Shown: piece after piece, positions 36,960 through 46,481 of the stretch
How positions within the stretch are numbered: the first letter of the stretch is position 1
Layout of the letters: each line of letters begins with the position of its first letter
Assembly: GCA_013343275.1 (NCBI GenBank)
Contig: CP046106.1
Coordinates: 288,001 to 352,000 of the forward strand
Origin: Candidatus Nanohaloarchaea archaeon
Lineage (GTDB): Archaea > Nanohalarchaeota > Nanosalinia > Nanosalinales > Nanosalinaceae
Direction: 5' to 3'
DNA length: 64,000 nucleotides
Notes under the pieces: model-generated
Databases searched by the model: none
Told to the model about the DNA's origin: nothing
Seen by the model: the letters and a program-made list of their open reading frames with translations, nothing else
Made by a program: the position numbers and the translations under genes

Positions 36960-37712
36960 ATGACAGCATCAAAGGAAGACATTGAATGGTTTGACGAAGA
37001 AGGCAAACGTGTAGACGGAAGAGAAAAGGACGAATACAGAGAGACAACAATGGAGATCGGTGTTCTTGACGAAGCCGATGGATCCGCAATGGTAGAAGTA
37101 GGAAACACCAGAGTTGTAGCATCAGTATTCGGGCCACAGGATCTTCACCCGAAGCACCTGCAGGAATCAGACCGTGCAGTCATCAAGATGCGTTACAACA
37201 TGGCTCCATTCAGCGTAGACGACAGAATGAGCCCAGGACCGAACAGAAGAGCAAAGGAAATCGGTCTTGTAGCACGTAGAGCACTTGAACCTGTACTAGA
37301 CCTCGAAAGATTCCCGAAGTCCGGAATCGACATTTCCATGGAAGTTCTGGAGTCCGACGGAGGAACAAGAGTTACAGGAATCACAGCAGCTTCACTCGCA
37401 CTGGCCGACGCAGGCATTCCGATGGAAGGAATGGTCTCAGCAATAGCTTCAGGAGTAGTAGCAGACACACCTGTCCTAGACGTTAACGGCAAAGAAGACA
37501 AAGAAGGAAACGCAGACATCCCTGTCGCAGTAATCAACTACGAAGACGAGGAAGAATCCGACGAGATCACACTCCTACAGATGGACGGAAATCTCACACA
37601 GGAACAGGTAGATGAATGCATCTCACTGGCCAAACAAGGCTGCAGAGACCTCTACGAGGAACAGAAGAAAACCATTGTAGACAACTACGAAGCAATCAGA
37701 GGTGAACAATAA
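36960..37712 (+). CDS. rrp41: Exosome catalytic subunit Rrp41
   Basis: DGR, ADGSA, YNMAPFS and SDGGTR. Confidence 0.96.
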   Translation: MTASKEDIEWFDEEGKRVDGREKDEYRETTMEIGVLDEADGSAMVEVGNTRVVASVFGPQDLHPKHLQESDRAVIKMRYNMAPFSVDDRMSPGPNRRAKEIGLVARRALEPVLDLERFPKSGIDISMEVLESDGGTRVTGITAASLALADAGIPMEGMVSAIASGVVADTPVLDVNGKEDKEGNADIPVAVINYEDEEESDEITLLQMDGNLTQEQVDECISLAKQGCRDLYEEQKKTIVDNYEAIRGEQ

Positions 37713-38497
37713 TGAAGATTAACCAAGAGACAATTCGAAAGATCATCGAAGATGAGGAAAGACTTGACGACAGAGGCCTCGAAGAGTACCGAGATATAGA
37801 GATCGAGACCGGATGGGTAAGAGAAACCGCAGAAGGTTCAGCAAAAGTAACAATCGGAGACACACAGGTACTTGTAGGCCTTTCAGTTGACGTAGAAGAA
37901 CCTTACAGCGACAGACCTGATCAGGGTACAATCGTAACCAACGCAGAGCTTGCGCCAATGGCAGCACGGGAGTACGAATCAGGTCCACCACGAGAACCAG
38001 GAGTCGAACTTGCAAGAGTAGTCGACCGTGGAATCCGAGAGGCAGAAGCAGTCGACCTAGAGGAACTGTGCATCAAGGAAGGAGAGAAAGTTTACACACT
38101 ATTCCTTGACGTACATGTCCTGAACGACGACGGCAACCTGATCGACGCATCCAGCCTCGGAGCACTCGCAGCCCTCAAGACAGGGTTTATTCCAGAGTAC
38201 GACGAGGAAGAAGGCCTTCAGAGAGATGAGAAGGCTATGGACGTCCCTCTACAGTATGAGCCTGTAACAGTTACAGGCCGTAAGATCGAGGACAAGCTTC
38301 TCTGGGATACAACCCGAGAAGAGGAAGAAGCTCTCGACGCACGACTAACTGTTTCCATCAAGGAAGACGGAAACGTAGTCTCAATGCAGAAAGGAGAGAT
38401 GCAGCCTTACAGTCAGCAAGAGATCAGAGACACAATCGAAAAGGCTGAAGAGAAAACCGAAGAACTCCGTGAGCTTCTAGACGAAGCTTGCAGGTAA
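37712..38497 (+). CDS. rrp42: Exosome subunit Rrp42
   Basis: AEGSA, ELARVVDRGIRE and DGNLIDA. Confidence 0.96.
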   Translation: MKINQETIRKIIEDEERLDDRGLEEYRDIEIETGWVRETAEGSAKVTIGDTQVLVGLSVDVEEPYSDRPDQGTIVTNAELAPMAAREYESGPPREPGVELARVVDRGIREAEAVDLEELCIKEGEKVYTLFLDVHVLNDDGNLIDASSLGALAALKTGFIPEYDEEEGLQRDEKAMDVPLQYEPVTVTGRKIEDKLLWDTTREEEEALDARLTVSIKEDGNVVSMQKGEMQPYSQQEIRDTIEKAEEKTEELRELLDEACR

Positions 38498-38596
38498 GGG
38501 TTGAAATCAAACCCTTACAGTGGGAAAAGCCCGATTCTCCTACAGGAGAATAAAAAGCTTTTCTCACATTTTACTTTTTATTCAAAGTGATAAACA

Positions 38597-38857
38597 ATGG
38601 CTGAAAATAGATCATCCAAAAGATTCGGATCCCGTTACGGTAACAGAATTCGTAAAAACGTAGACGAGGCCGAGAAAGGAGAAGAAGATTATGAGCGAGT
38701 AGCCGCAGGAATCTGGAAAGACAAAGAAACAGGAGAGATTGTAGCAGGCGGCGCTTACAGAAAAGACACAGGCGGAAAAGAAATGCTGGATAAAGCACTA
38801 GAGCTTGAAGGCGGCATCGAAGAACTTGAAGAAGCTAAAGAGGAGATTGAGGAATGA
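38597..38857 (+). CDS. rpl37ae: 50S ribosomal protein L37Ae (eL43), Cys-free form
   Basis: RFGSRYG..IRK, RVAAGIW and GGAY; canonical position after rrp42. Confidence 0.88.
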   Translation: MAENRSSKRFGSRYGNRIRKNVDEAEKGEEDYERVAAGIWKDKETGEIVAGGAYRKDTGGKEMLDKALELEGGIEELEEAKEEIEE

Positions 38858-38994
38858 CTGCGTACAAATGTGTCAAATGTGAGGAAGAAGTTGACATCGA
38901 CCCCGTCAACGAGAAAGTGATCTGCCCGAAGTGCAGCCACAGAGTACTCCTCAAGATGAGGCCTGAAGACACTGACCGTGTAGAAGCAGTATGA
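38854..38994 (+). CDS. rpoP: RNA polymerase subunit P (Rpo12); not in ORF track
   Basis: MTAYKCVKC...ICPKCSHRVLLKMRP. Confidence 0.93.
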   Translation: MTAYKCVKCEEEVDIDPVNEKVICPKCSHRVLLKMRPEDTDRVEAV

Positions 38995-39203
38995 AATCAA
39001 CGGTAGAGATAGACACAGAACGGCCTTCAGATTACAAACAAATACTTGCCCAGAGCCTGACAAGCGACCAGAAAATCCAGTACCAGCTTGAAGCTGAGGA
39101 AGATAAACTGGTAGTACAGGTTGAGGCAGACGGTATCGGCCCATTAAGAGGCTGTACCGATACAGTATTCAGGCTTTCAAGCCTGGTTAAAAAACTATAT
39201 TAG
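38991..39203 (+). CDS. pcc1: KEOPS subunit Pcc1
   Basis: Size, L.VQVEA....LR motif and gene context. Confidence 0.75.
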   Translation: MKSTVEIDTERPSDYKQILAQSLTSDQKIQYQLEAEEDKLVVQVEADGIGPLRGCTDTVFRLSSLVKKLY

Positions 39204-39214
39204 GTGATTTCATT

Positions 39215-39544
39215 ATGGAAGAAGACGCACAGCAGATGATGATGGAAATGCAGCAAACTCAGCAAAAACTACAGGAAGTTGCTGCACAGAAAGAAGAAAC
39301 ACAGGACGAACTCGACGGTATCGAGAAGTCCCTAGAAGAACTAGAGAAAGACGAAGAAGGAGAAGTTTACCAGGAAGTTGGTAACATTCTCGTAGCAAAG
39401 GACCGAGATCAGCTTCAGTCCGATCTTGAGGACAGACAGGAAGATCTCGCAGCCCGTAAGGAAAGACTTGAAAGTAAAGAAGAAGAGCTACGTGAAAAAC
39501 TTCAGGAAGCTCAGAGCCAGATTTCCCAGAGCATGGGCCAGTAA
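39215..39544 (+). CDS. pfdB: Prefoldin beta subunit
   Basis: Coiled coils flanking VYQEVGNILV. Confidence 0.92.
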   Translation: MEEDAQQMMMEMQQTQQKLQEVAAQKEETQDELDGIEKSLEELEKDEEGEVYQEVGNILVAKDRDQLQSDLEDRQEDLAARKERLESKEEELREKLQEAQSQISQSMGQ

Positions 39545-39571
39545 GGCCTGAGTTCTCCCGGGTGTCTTGAA

Positions 39572-39820
39572 ATGCCATCAGTAGATGCAGTTACGGACAG
39601 AATGAGGGACCTCGCCGATAAAGATGGCGTCCCATCAAATATCTCCGAGCTACTGGAAGAAGCAGCTGAGACCCTGCAGGAAGAAGACAAAGAGCTTTCT
39701 GTAAGGGTTAACACTGCATCTTCTCTGCTTGACCAGATCAGCAATGATCCTAACATCAAGCAGCATACCAGGACCGAGATCTGGAACCTGGCCTCCAAGG
39801 TTGAAAGCCTGGAGGATTAA
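39572..39820 (+). CDS. UPF0147 family protein
   Basis: VPSNI and DPNI..HTRT.IW. Confidence 0.88.
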   Translation: MPSVDAVTDRMRDLADKDGVPSNISELLEEAAETLQEEDKELSVRVNTASSLLDQISNDPNIKQHTRTEIWNLASKVESLED

Positions 39821-39906
39821 ACTCGATCTCTCTTTTTTCTTCTCAAAGCTTTGAAAAGGTATAAAAGTTCTAGAGAACCAAATTTTAACCAAGAGGTAAT
39901 TAAACT

Positions 39907-40284
39907 ATGCCGCTAGGATTTCTGAAAAAAGAAGGGGAAGATGGAGAAGCTTCTGAAGTAATGGAAGACGACTTCGTCGAACTTGATGCAAACATGTCTG
40001 AAAACGATAGTAAAGTAGTAATAAGAGCTGAAACGCTTAGAGAGTACGACGACGCAGAAAAAGTACAGGAACACCTGCGCAACGACCATATTGTATGGGT
40101 AAACATCGGACCTCTAAAGGAGACAGACATGACCAATCTGAAGAGAGCGGTCAAGAAGCTGAAAAAGACTGTCAAGTCAATTGACGGTGACATGGCAGGA
40201 GTTGACGAGGAATGGATCGTTGTCTGTCCACGGTACGCAGAAATCAAGAGAAGTGAGGAGACCCAAGACGCCGGCGGTCAATGA
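39907..40284 (+). CDS. sepF: Cell division protein SepF
   Basis: IVWVNI..LK...LKR...LK....IDGD. Confidence 0.88.
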   Translation: MPLGFLKKEGEDGEASEVMEDDFVELDANMSENDSKVVIRAETLREYDDAEKVQEHLRNDHIVWVNIGPLKETDMTNLKRAVKKLKKTVKSIDGDMAGVDEEWIVVCPRYAEIKRSEETQDAGGQ

Positions 40285-40618
40285 AAACCGTCATCCATTT
40301 ATCTTCAAATAATTCTAACAAGATAGCTGAAGCAGTAGCAAACACCAGAAACCTGCTGCGAGACGAGACAGTTAAAGAGTCAGAAATAGTTCTCCTTGTA
40401 AACAGCGACGCAATAAACTCTCTAGAGAGCGGATCCGCAGCAGAAGCCATATCCAGGACCTTCTAGATCAGGGGGTTGAAGTGAAGGCCTGCAGTAACTC
40501 CCTTGAATCACGGAATATAACAGAAGAAGACCTGATAGAAGGAGTAAGCCCTGTATCTTCAGGAGTGGGAGAGCTCACCCGGCTGCAGGACAATGGCTAT
40601 GCTTACGTCAGGCCATAG
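40281..40618 (+). pseudogene. DsrE-family protein interrupted by a frameshift near 40445
   Basis: MKTVIHLS...NLL...LVNSDAI continues in another frame as HIQDLLDQGVEVKACSNSL...SGVGELTRLQDNGYAYVRP*. Confidence 0.85.
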
Positions 40619-40679
40619 GTTCGATCCGTATCGAACAACTTGACGTTCTTTTAAACACTTGCGGTCTCTAAACTGAGAT

Positions 40680-41255
40680 ATGAAAAAGAAAGCACTACTT
40701 ACGGTTACATTTATCCTGATTACAGGGCTTTCCACCGCTGTAGTCGGAGGGCCGAACGCTTCAGAAGGAGAGTACGTCATAATGGACTCCTCAAGCTCGG
40801 CCTCAGGTACATCTGCTGTAGGACCTAATGGAACAGTCTACAGCACAACATTCTCAGTAGTAAATGGTTCCACCACTGCCGATCAAACCGGTGTGATCAA
40901 CTCCAGCTTCGAAAACAACACAGTACATTTCACTGGAGTATATCAGACACCTACCCCCTGCTACGATCTATCTCACTCAGTTGAGAAATCTGGAGAGAGC
41001 TATGTCTTCCAGGTAACTGCTGAAGCAGAGAACGGAACGTGTACACAGGTAATTGCCTACCACAAGTACAAGGCAAGTTTCGAAGCAGGAGAACCATACG
41101 AGCTGACAGTGAAGCATGGGAACGAGTCAGTAAATACACTTACACATCCTGACTACAGTTCAGACAGCAGCGACACAGACCATTCCGATGAAGATACTGG
41201 CGGAGTAAGAGGCCCTATTGCAAGCTTCTTCCACTTCCTAAGCAACCTTTTCTAG
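40680..41255 (+). CDS. Secreted protein
   Basis: Signal peptide, S/T-rich sequence with sequons, TPTPCY...CTQVI disulfide pair. Confidence 0.75.
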   Translation: MKKKALLTVTFILITGLSTAVVGGPNASEGEYVIMDSSSSASGTSAVGPNGTVYSTTFSVVNGSTTADQTGVINSSFENNTVHFTGVYQTPTPCYDLSHSVEKSGESYVFQVTAEAENGTCTQVIAYHKYKASFEAGEPYELTVKHGNESVNTLTHPDYSSDSSDTDHSDEDTGGVRGPIASFFHFLSNLF

Positions 41256-41322
41256 AACTCCCTTACTTCCTATTTCCCTTTTTTTCTTTCCTCTTTTAAC
41301 TTTTCACAGCCAGTTCCTCCAT

Positions 41323-42465
41323 ATGAACGACAAAACCGGTCACGTGCTCATAAGGTATGGCGAGATAGGCACAAAGTCAAGGCCTGTACAGGGCAAGATG
41401 CTTAACGCCCTTAGACAGAGAGTGCAGGACAAGCTTGAGTACGAGGAAATCGATTTCCAGAAGGTTTCTCTGGGCAACGGAAGAATAATTGTAAAGACAG
41501 ATAACGCTGAAAAAGCAGTGGAAAAAATGAAGAACCTTCCCGGAGTTGTCTCCGCCTCTCCCGCACTCAAGGTTAACTCAGAAATAGAGGAGATGAAGGA
41601 GGCCTCGGAGAACTTTGAGTACGGGGAAACTTTCGGTATAGATGCAACCACTTCAAACACCGAGCTCTCTACACTCGACATAAACAGAGAACTTGGAGGT
41701 CATGTAGAAGAGTTCACAGGCTCACCAGTAGATCTTGACAACCCTGAAACCTGGCTGAAGGTTGAGGTCCGTGGTGATGACAGCTTCCTCTTCACCACGA
41801 CAGTTTCCGGGCCGGGAGGCCTACCTGTAGGCACCCAGGATGAATATCTCTCCCTTATCAGCGGAGGTATCGACTCACCTGTCGCAACCTACAAAATGAT
41901 GAAATCAGGAGCAGACATCACCCCAATCTACTTCTACAACCGGCCTATAGCTGCCGAAGACCACCTTATCAGGTTCGAAGCAGTTCTCCAGAAACTGAAG
42001 GAATACCATCCCGGAAAGAAATGGAACTACTACATCGTGGACATGGACGAAGTAAACAAGGAACTTATGGGGATAGAGAAGGGAAGGATGGTTGTACACA
42101 GAAAGATAATGTTCAAGGTAGCAGAGAAAATAGCAGAGAAAGAAGGGCTCAGAGGCCTCGTCACAGGAGAATCCCTCGGGCAGAAATCAAGCCAGACAGC
42201 CAGAAACCTGGAAAACACGACCAGAGAGATAGAGAAGCCTCTGATGCGGCCCCTGCTCACCGAGAGCAAGAACGAGATAACAGCAAAGGCCCGTGAAATA
42301 GGCACTTTCGAGCTTTCAGAGATAAACTCCGCCTGTCGTTCGCTCGCACCAGACTCTCCATCCACAGACCTCAAAGAAGATCAGCTGCAGGAACTTGAAG
42401 AGAAAGTAGATATTGAAGAGCTTGTGGAAAAGGCCTTTACGGAAAGAGAAAAGAAGAGTATATAG
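41323..42465 (+). CDS. thiI: tRNA 4-thiouridine synthase ThiI
   Basis: RYGEI, THUMP domain, GGLPVG, SGGIDS PP-loop and GESLGQ. Confidence 0.95.
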   Translation: MNDKTGHVLIRYGEIGTKSRPVQGKMLNALRQRVQDKLEYEEIDFQKVSLGNGRIIVKTDNAEKAVEKMKNLPGVVSASPALKVNSEIEEMKEASENFEYGETFGIDATTSNTELSTLDINRELGGHVEEFTGSPVDLDNPETWLKVEVRGDDSFLFTTTVSGPGGLPVGTQDEYLSLISGGIDSPVATYKMMKSGADITPIYFYNRPIAAEDHLIRFEAVLQKLKEYHPGKKWNYYIVDMDEVNKELMGIEKGRMVVHRKIMFKVAEKIAEKEGLRGLVTGESLGQKSSQTARNLENTTREIEKPLMRPLLTESKNEITAKAREIGTFELSEINSACRSLAPDSPSTDLKEDQLQELEEKVDIEELVEKAFTEREKKSI

Positions 42466-42474
42466 AGAAAAATT

Positions 42475-42939
42475 TTATCTGGCGGTTTCAAGCTCGCTGT
42501 ACATCTCCTGTAACTCCTCCCATGCCTCAATCAGCTCCGTCGAGTAATCAATTATCGCACATGGCGAAGGAGACTCCGTGTAGTCAAGGCCCGGAATCCT
42601 GTTTCCAAGATACGGATCTATCTCACGTAAGGCATCTACCATGTCCTCGTATGAGTCAGGATCGGCCTCAATAGTAGATAAATTCACGTCTTGGATATCT
42701 TCCGTCGCAGGATCGATCTCCTGTACCTTTATCGGATACATAATTTCTTCCTGACGGAAAAAAGAATCCAGTTCCTCGTGGGCCTCCTGCAGATAACCAG
42801 AAGCATAATCAATACGGCCTTGAGACGGCTGTTGCATTCCAACAGTTTGTTTAGCAGTGGAGATAGCTCCCTGTAGATTATCAAGTCTATCAAGAAGCTC
42901 ACCGCCAGTAAACGTATAGTTTACTTCTGAAAGATCCAC
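42475..42939 (-). CDS. Hypothetical acidic protein
   Basis: 154-aa ORF with GTG start. Confidence 0.6.
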   Translation of the reverse strand: MDLSEVNYTFTGGELLDRLDNLQGAISTAKQTVGMQQPSQGRIDYASGYLQEAHEELDSFFRQEEIMYPIKVQEIDPATEDIQDVNLSTIEADPDSYEDMVDALREIDPYLGNRIPGLDYTESPSPCAIIDYSTELIEAWEELQEMYSELETAR

Positions 42940-42993
42940 TGAAAAACATGTAATGAACTAAATATTTTATTACTTCAGGATAAACAAATATCT

Positions 42994-43566
42994 ATGGATG
43001 CTCCAGAAATACCTTCGATGAAAGACTTCAGCTCAGGAGAAGATAACTCTGGCAACAAGTGGTACGCCGCCACCTTCGCACAGGACGGTGTTGATCTGAA
43101 GGCCAACAACTACGAAAACGGTTACAGCACAAGCTGGGGTACCTACAAATCTTTTGAAGATGTTTTAGATGATATAAACAGTTTCTACCGACTGAAAGGC
43201 TCAGTTGATGTAATTGAAATGAGGGACGGCGAGGCCTCCCCGAGACATCATCGTTTAACCCAGCAGGACGCAAGCATATCTGATTACGATTTCGAGGATG
43301 TTATCCATGTAGATCTTGAATCGGATGACTTCGGTATACAGTGGGCGGAGAATTCGCCGAAGATGCAGGAGAAAAACTATATTCCCTCCAATACTGTCCA
43401 TGTGTATGTAAATGAACCTGTTGAAGAAGTTCCTGAGCCTTTCATGGAGCCGACCTGGCTTCTGATGCAGGAAACTCTGGGTTACAGTGAGGATAACCGT
43501 GAGACAGTAAGTCAGCTTACACATGATGCAGGACGATTCCTGAATCAGACCGAGGATCTGCTTTAA
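42994..43566 (+). CDS. Hypothetical acidic protein
   Basis: 190-aa ORF. Confidence 0.65.
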   Translation: MDAPEIPSMKDFSSGEDNSGNKWYAATFAQDGVDLKANNYENGYSTSWGTYKSFEDVLDDINSFYRLKGSVDVIEMRDGEASPRHHRLTQQDASISDYDFEDVIHVDLESDDFGIQWAENSPKMQEKNYIPSNTVHVYVNEPVEEVPEPFMEPTWLLMQETLGYSEDNRETVSQLTHDAGRFLNQTEDLL

Positions 43567-43570
43567 CTCT

Positions 43571-44767
43571 CTAGTTGGAGGAAATTATCTCGATCACATC
43601 GCCGTGATCCAGTTCATGATCTGCACCGATCTGTCTGTTCTCACGGCAGTCGATGGCGTTGATAAATCCTTCACCCAGATCGCTGTGTATAGTGTAGGCG
43701 AAGTCCTCTGCTGTAGCGCCTTCTGGTACAAGGAAGCAGTCGGGTAGAATATTGCCGTGTTCGTCACCGAGGCCGTCTGCTCCTCCAGGGAATACAGCCA
43801 TAACCCCCAGCTCATCGAAGAGTGCTGTCTCCATAGCCTGTTGGACCCCTGTACCTCCATACTCATCCATGAAATCTCTTATCTGTTCCAGGCCCTGCTT
43901 CTTCTCCTCCGGCAGGTCATCAACTAGAATCTCGAAATCATCCTCGCCAGGATAGTAGTCAACTATGTCCTTTTCCGCCGCATTCTTCAGGGCCTTTTCT
44001 GCATGAGCTGATGCAGGTACAAAGTCCAGATGTTCGTACTCAGGATCGTTAGTGAGTTCCTCATAGTTTTCCTGGGCCTTATCGGTATCCATCTTGTTAG
44101 CTGCAATAATCATAGGCTTGGTCTCCTTCCTGATGCTACGGGCCAGTTCCCTCCTGTCCTCGTCATCCCATGTGTCAGGATCAAGTTCCAAACCTTCCTG
44201 TAGTATAAGCTGTTTTATTTCGTTCTTGTTCGTCTTGAATGCGCTCATCTGCTCCGCTAATTCCTCTTCAAGCTTCACATCCTTCTTATTATGCTTGGTC
44301 TCGTACCTGTCGACTCCTTTCTCCAGGATCTCCAGGTACCACATATCCAGCTCTTCTTCCAGGAAGTCAATATCTTCTCTCGGATCGTGGCCTTCTGTTG
44401 GTTCTCCCTCGATATCTGTCTCGCCGGAGAAATCTACGATGTGGATCAGTACATCGGCTTCGTTGAGATCGGTCAGGAACTTGTTTCCAAGGCCTTTTCC
44501 TTCATGTGCTCCCGGGATCAGTCCTGCAACATCTACTAGCTTTACAGGTACGTAACGTGTTCCATCGTGGCAGAAACCTACTCTCGGATCGCAGCTCTCA
44601 TCAAAGTCCGGTGCTGCACATTCTACACGTACGTAGGCTTCTCCAACAGAAGGATCAATCGTGGTGAAAGGGTAGTTTCCCTCGTCCACAGAGTTCATCG
44701 TTGCTGCGTTGAAGAAGGTAGATTTTCCTACACTTGGCTTTCCAACTAGGCCGATTTTGTAAGGCAT
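43571..44767 (-). CDS. ychF: YchF/OBG-family translation-associated GTPase/ATPase
   Basis: GKPSVGKST, YPFTT, DVAG, ANKMD and a C-terminal TGS domain. Confidence 0.95.
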   Translation of the reverse strand: MPYKIGLVGKPSVGKSTFFNAATMNSVDEGNYPFTTIDPSVGEAYVRVECAAPDFDESCDPRVGFCHDGTRYVPVKLVDVAGLIPGAHEGKGLGNKFLTDLNEADVLIHIVDFSGETDIEGEPTEGHDPREDIDFLEEELDMWYLEILEKGVDRYETKHNKKDVKLEEELAEQMSAFKTNKNEIKQLILQEGLELDPDTWDDEDRRELARSIRKETKPMIIAANKMDTDKAQENYEELTNDPEYEHLDFVPASAHAEKALKNAAEKDIVDYYPGEDDFEILVDDLPEEKKQGLEQIRDFMDEYGGTGVQQAMETALFDELGVMAVFPGGADGLGDEHGNILPDCFLVPEGATAEDFAYTIHSDLGEGFINAIDCRENRQIGADHELDHGDVIEIISSN

Positions 44768-44835
44768 GAATGCACTGTATTTGAGAACATTTTTAACCCA
44801 AACCGTATTTATCGTTGAGAACCGTGTTTTATCCT

Positions 44836-45561
44836 GTGAAAGTTCTTTCGCTTAACGCTGGTTACTTCCTGGGGTACGAAGGTACTATGAGAGATTATAT
44901 CTGTCACCCTCTGAGAGCAGTAATCGGCGATAAAGTAGTTCAGAGCAGGAAGGTAAGTGAGTTCAGCAAGCTGGTTCACGACACAGATCCTGACACAGTT
45001 CTACTGCAGGAGGTAGATCAAGGTTCTATAAGAAGTTCTGATGCATCTCTACCACGTTCAATTACCAGAAAGCTGCCGGGCGAGTTCTCTGTCCATCCAG
45101 AGACTAAGTATAGGGAAGGTTTCAGGAAGATGCCTTTCGTGAGGAACATGTCAAACGCATTACTCACCAAGGAAGGCAATGTACACAACCATAGAGTTGA
45201 TACAGGTACAAAATGCCTTGTACAGGAACTGCAGCTGGAGAATTTAAGCATATTCTCTGTACATCTGTCAAGATTCGGTAAAAGTGTCCGCAGGAAGCAG
45301 CTTAAGCAGATCTCCGAACTGGTCGAGGGAAGAGAAAACTATATCGTGGCGGGAGATTTCAACTTCATGGATCCCGAAGAGCAGAAAACAGCAGAAGAGA
45401 TTATAGGAAAGAAGTTTTCCGCAGGTGCAACTTTCCCTGCAAAGAAGCCGACCAGAACTCTTGATATGGCCTATACCTCGGAAAGTCTAGATCTAAATCT
45501 GGAAGTTATAGATAGCGAAATATCTGATCACAGGCCTATAATAATGGATATAAATCAATGA
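44836..45561 (+). CDS. Endonuclease/exonuclease/phosphatase-family protein
   Basis: SLN, LQEVD, HL, AGDFN, TFP...LD and SDHRP. Confidence 0.9.
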   Translation: MKVLSLNAGYFLGYEGTMRDYICHPLRAVIGDKVVQSRKVSEFSKLVHDTDPDTVLLQEVDQGSIRSSDASLPRSITRKLPGEFSVHPETKYREGFRKMPFVRNMSNALLTKEGNVHNHRVDTGTKCLVQELQLENLSIFSVHLSRFGKSVRRKQLKQISELVEGRENYIVAGDFNFMDPEEQKTAEEIIGKKFSAGATFPAKKPTRTLDMAYTSESLDLNLEVIDSEISDHRPIIMDINQ

Positions 45562-45644
45562 TTGCTCGAGTTCTTAGAAATCCTTCTGAAGTAGGTTTAA
45601 GTTAGATACGGACGTAAATGTAAAATAGAGAGGTTCTATAAGTA

Positions 45645-46026
45645 ATGAGTTCAAGCGGCGAACTGAATTTATCTGTAACTATAATGAGGCTACTACTCAT
45701 AGTGACTCCTCTAACATTCTATATCTCGCCTGCATCAAGCAAACTACATGGAAGCCTCCCTCTACTTACGACAGCTCTTTTCACAGCTTACGGAGTCAGC
45801 ACTGTCTTTGGAGGCCTTCTAAGGGAAAACAAGATCGCTAGGATACTTTGTAGATATATCAGCAGTTGTAGGAGTATTTCTATTTGCGATCGGTCCCGTA
45901 ATAGGTTTCGCAGGGGAAAGTACTTCCGTAAAGATTCTGGCAGCTGCACTTGTCTTCCTCTCTATTCCATCCACATTAGCAGTCTGGTATACCCAGAAAT
46001 CAAACGAAGATAATAGAGATTACTGA
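45645..46026 (+). pseudogene. Four-TM membrane protein with a frameshift near 45840
   Basis: Two TM helices in the first frame; a second frame continues VDISAVVGVFLFAIGPVIG...ILAAALVFLSIPSTLAVW...DY*. Confidence 0.6.
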
Positions 46027-46070
46027 AAGACTATTTCAGGCTTAAATTAGTTGAAATCTCAAATCTTTAC

Positions 46071-46481
46071 ATGAGAAAGTTAAAACTCCCAGGAAGAGAT
46101 CAGACCAGGCCTCGCCTTACAGAAGATGATATAAGGCTGATTAAAGAGTCAGGAATACCTGAGATAAAGGATCAGGCCCGTAAAATAGTAGAGAACAAGC
46201 TAAGAGAACAGCCTGATAACGATGGTCAGCAGACTCCTTCAGCAGGAAATCCTGTTTACAAGGCCATGCATGCCTGCAATGTTTCATCCAGAAAAGAGCT
46301 CTCACGAGCCCATAGAATGCCTGCAGGGGGAGAACTAAGCGATAAACAGATAGACGCCATAGTTAACCTTCTTACACGCTGGATTGTCAGAGAATACAAT
46401 TTCTACAAGGAAGAACGGAAGCAACAGCAGAAGAACCTGAACGAGTTCTCAAGGAGAAATAAAGAAGAGGAAACGGCCTAG
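46071..46481 (+). CDS. DUF4186-like protein
   Basis: NDGQQTP..GNPVYKAMHA...IV..L.RWI resembles the family motif NDGKQTP..GHPVF.AQHA. Confidence 0.7.
   Translation: MRKLKLPGRDQTRPRLTEDDIRLIKESGIPEIKDQARKIVENKLREQPDNDGQQTPSAGNPVYKAMHACNVSSRKELSRAHRMPAGGELSDKQIDAIVNLLTRWIVREYNFYKEERKQQQKNLNEFSRRNKEEETA

Noticed and set aside
40619-40637. GGTTCGATCC resembling a tRNA T-loop
   Set aside because: No cloverleaf; it is only the short inverted repeat GTTCGAT-CCGT-ATCGAAC
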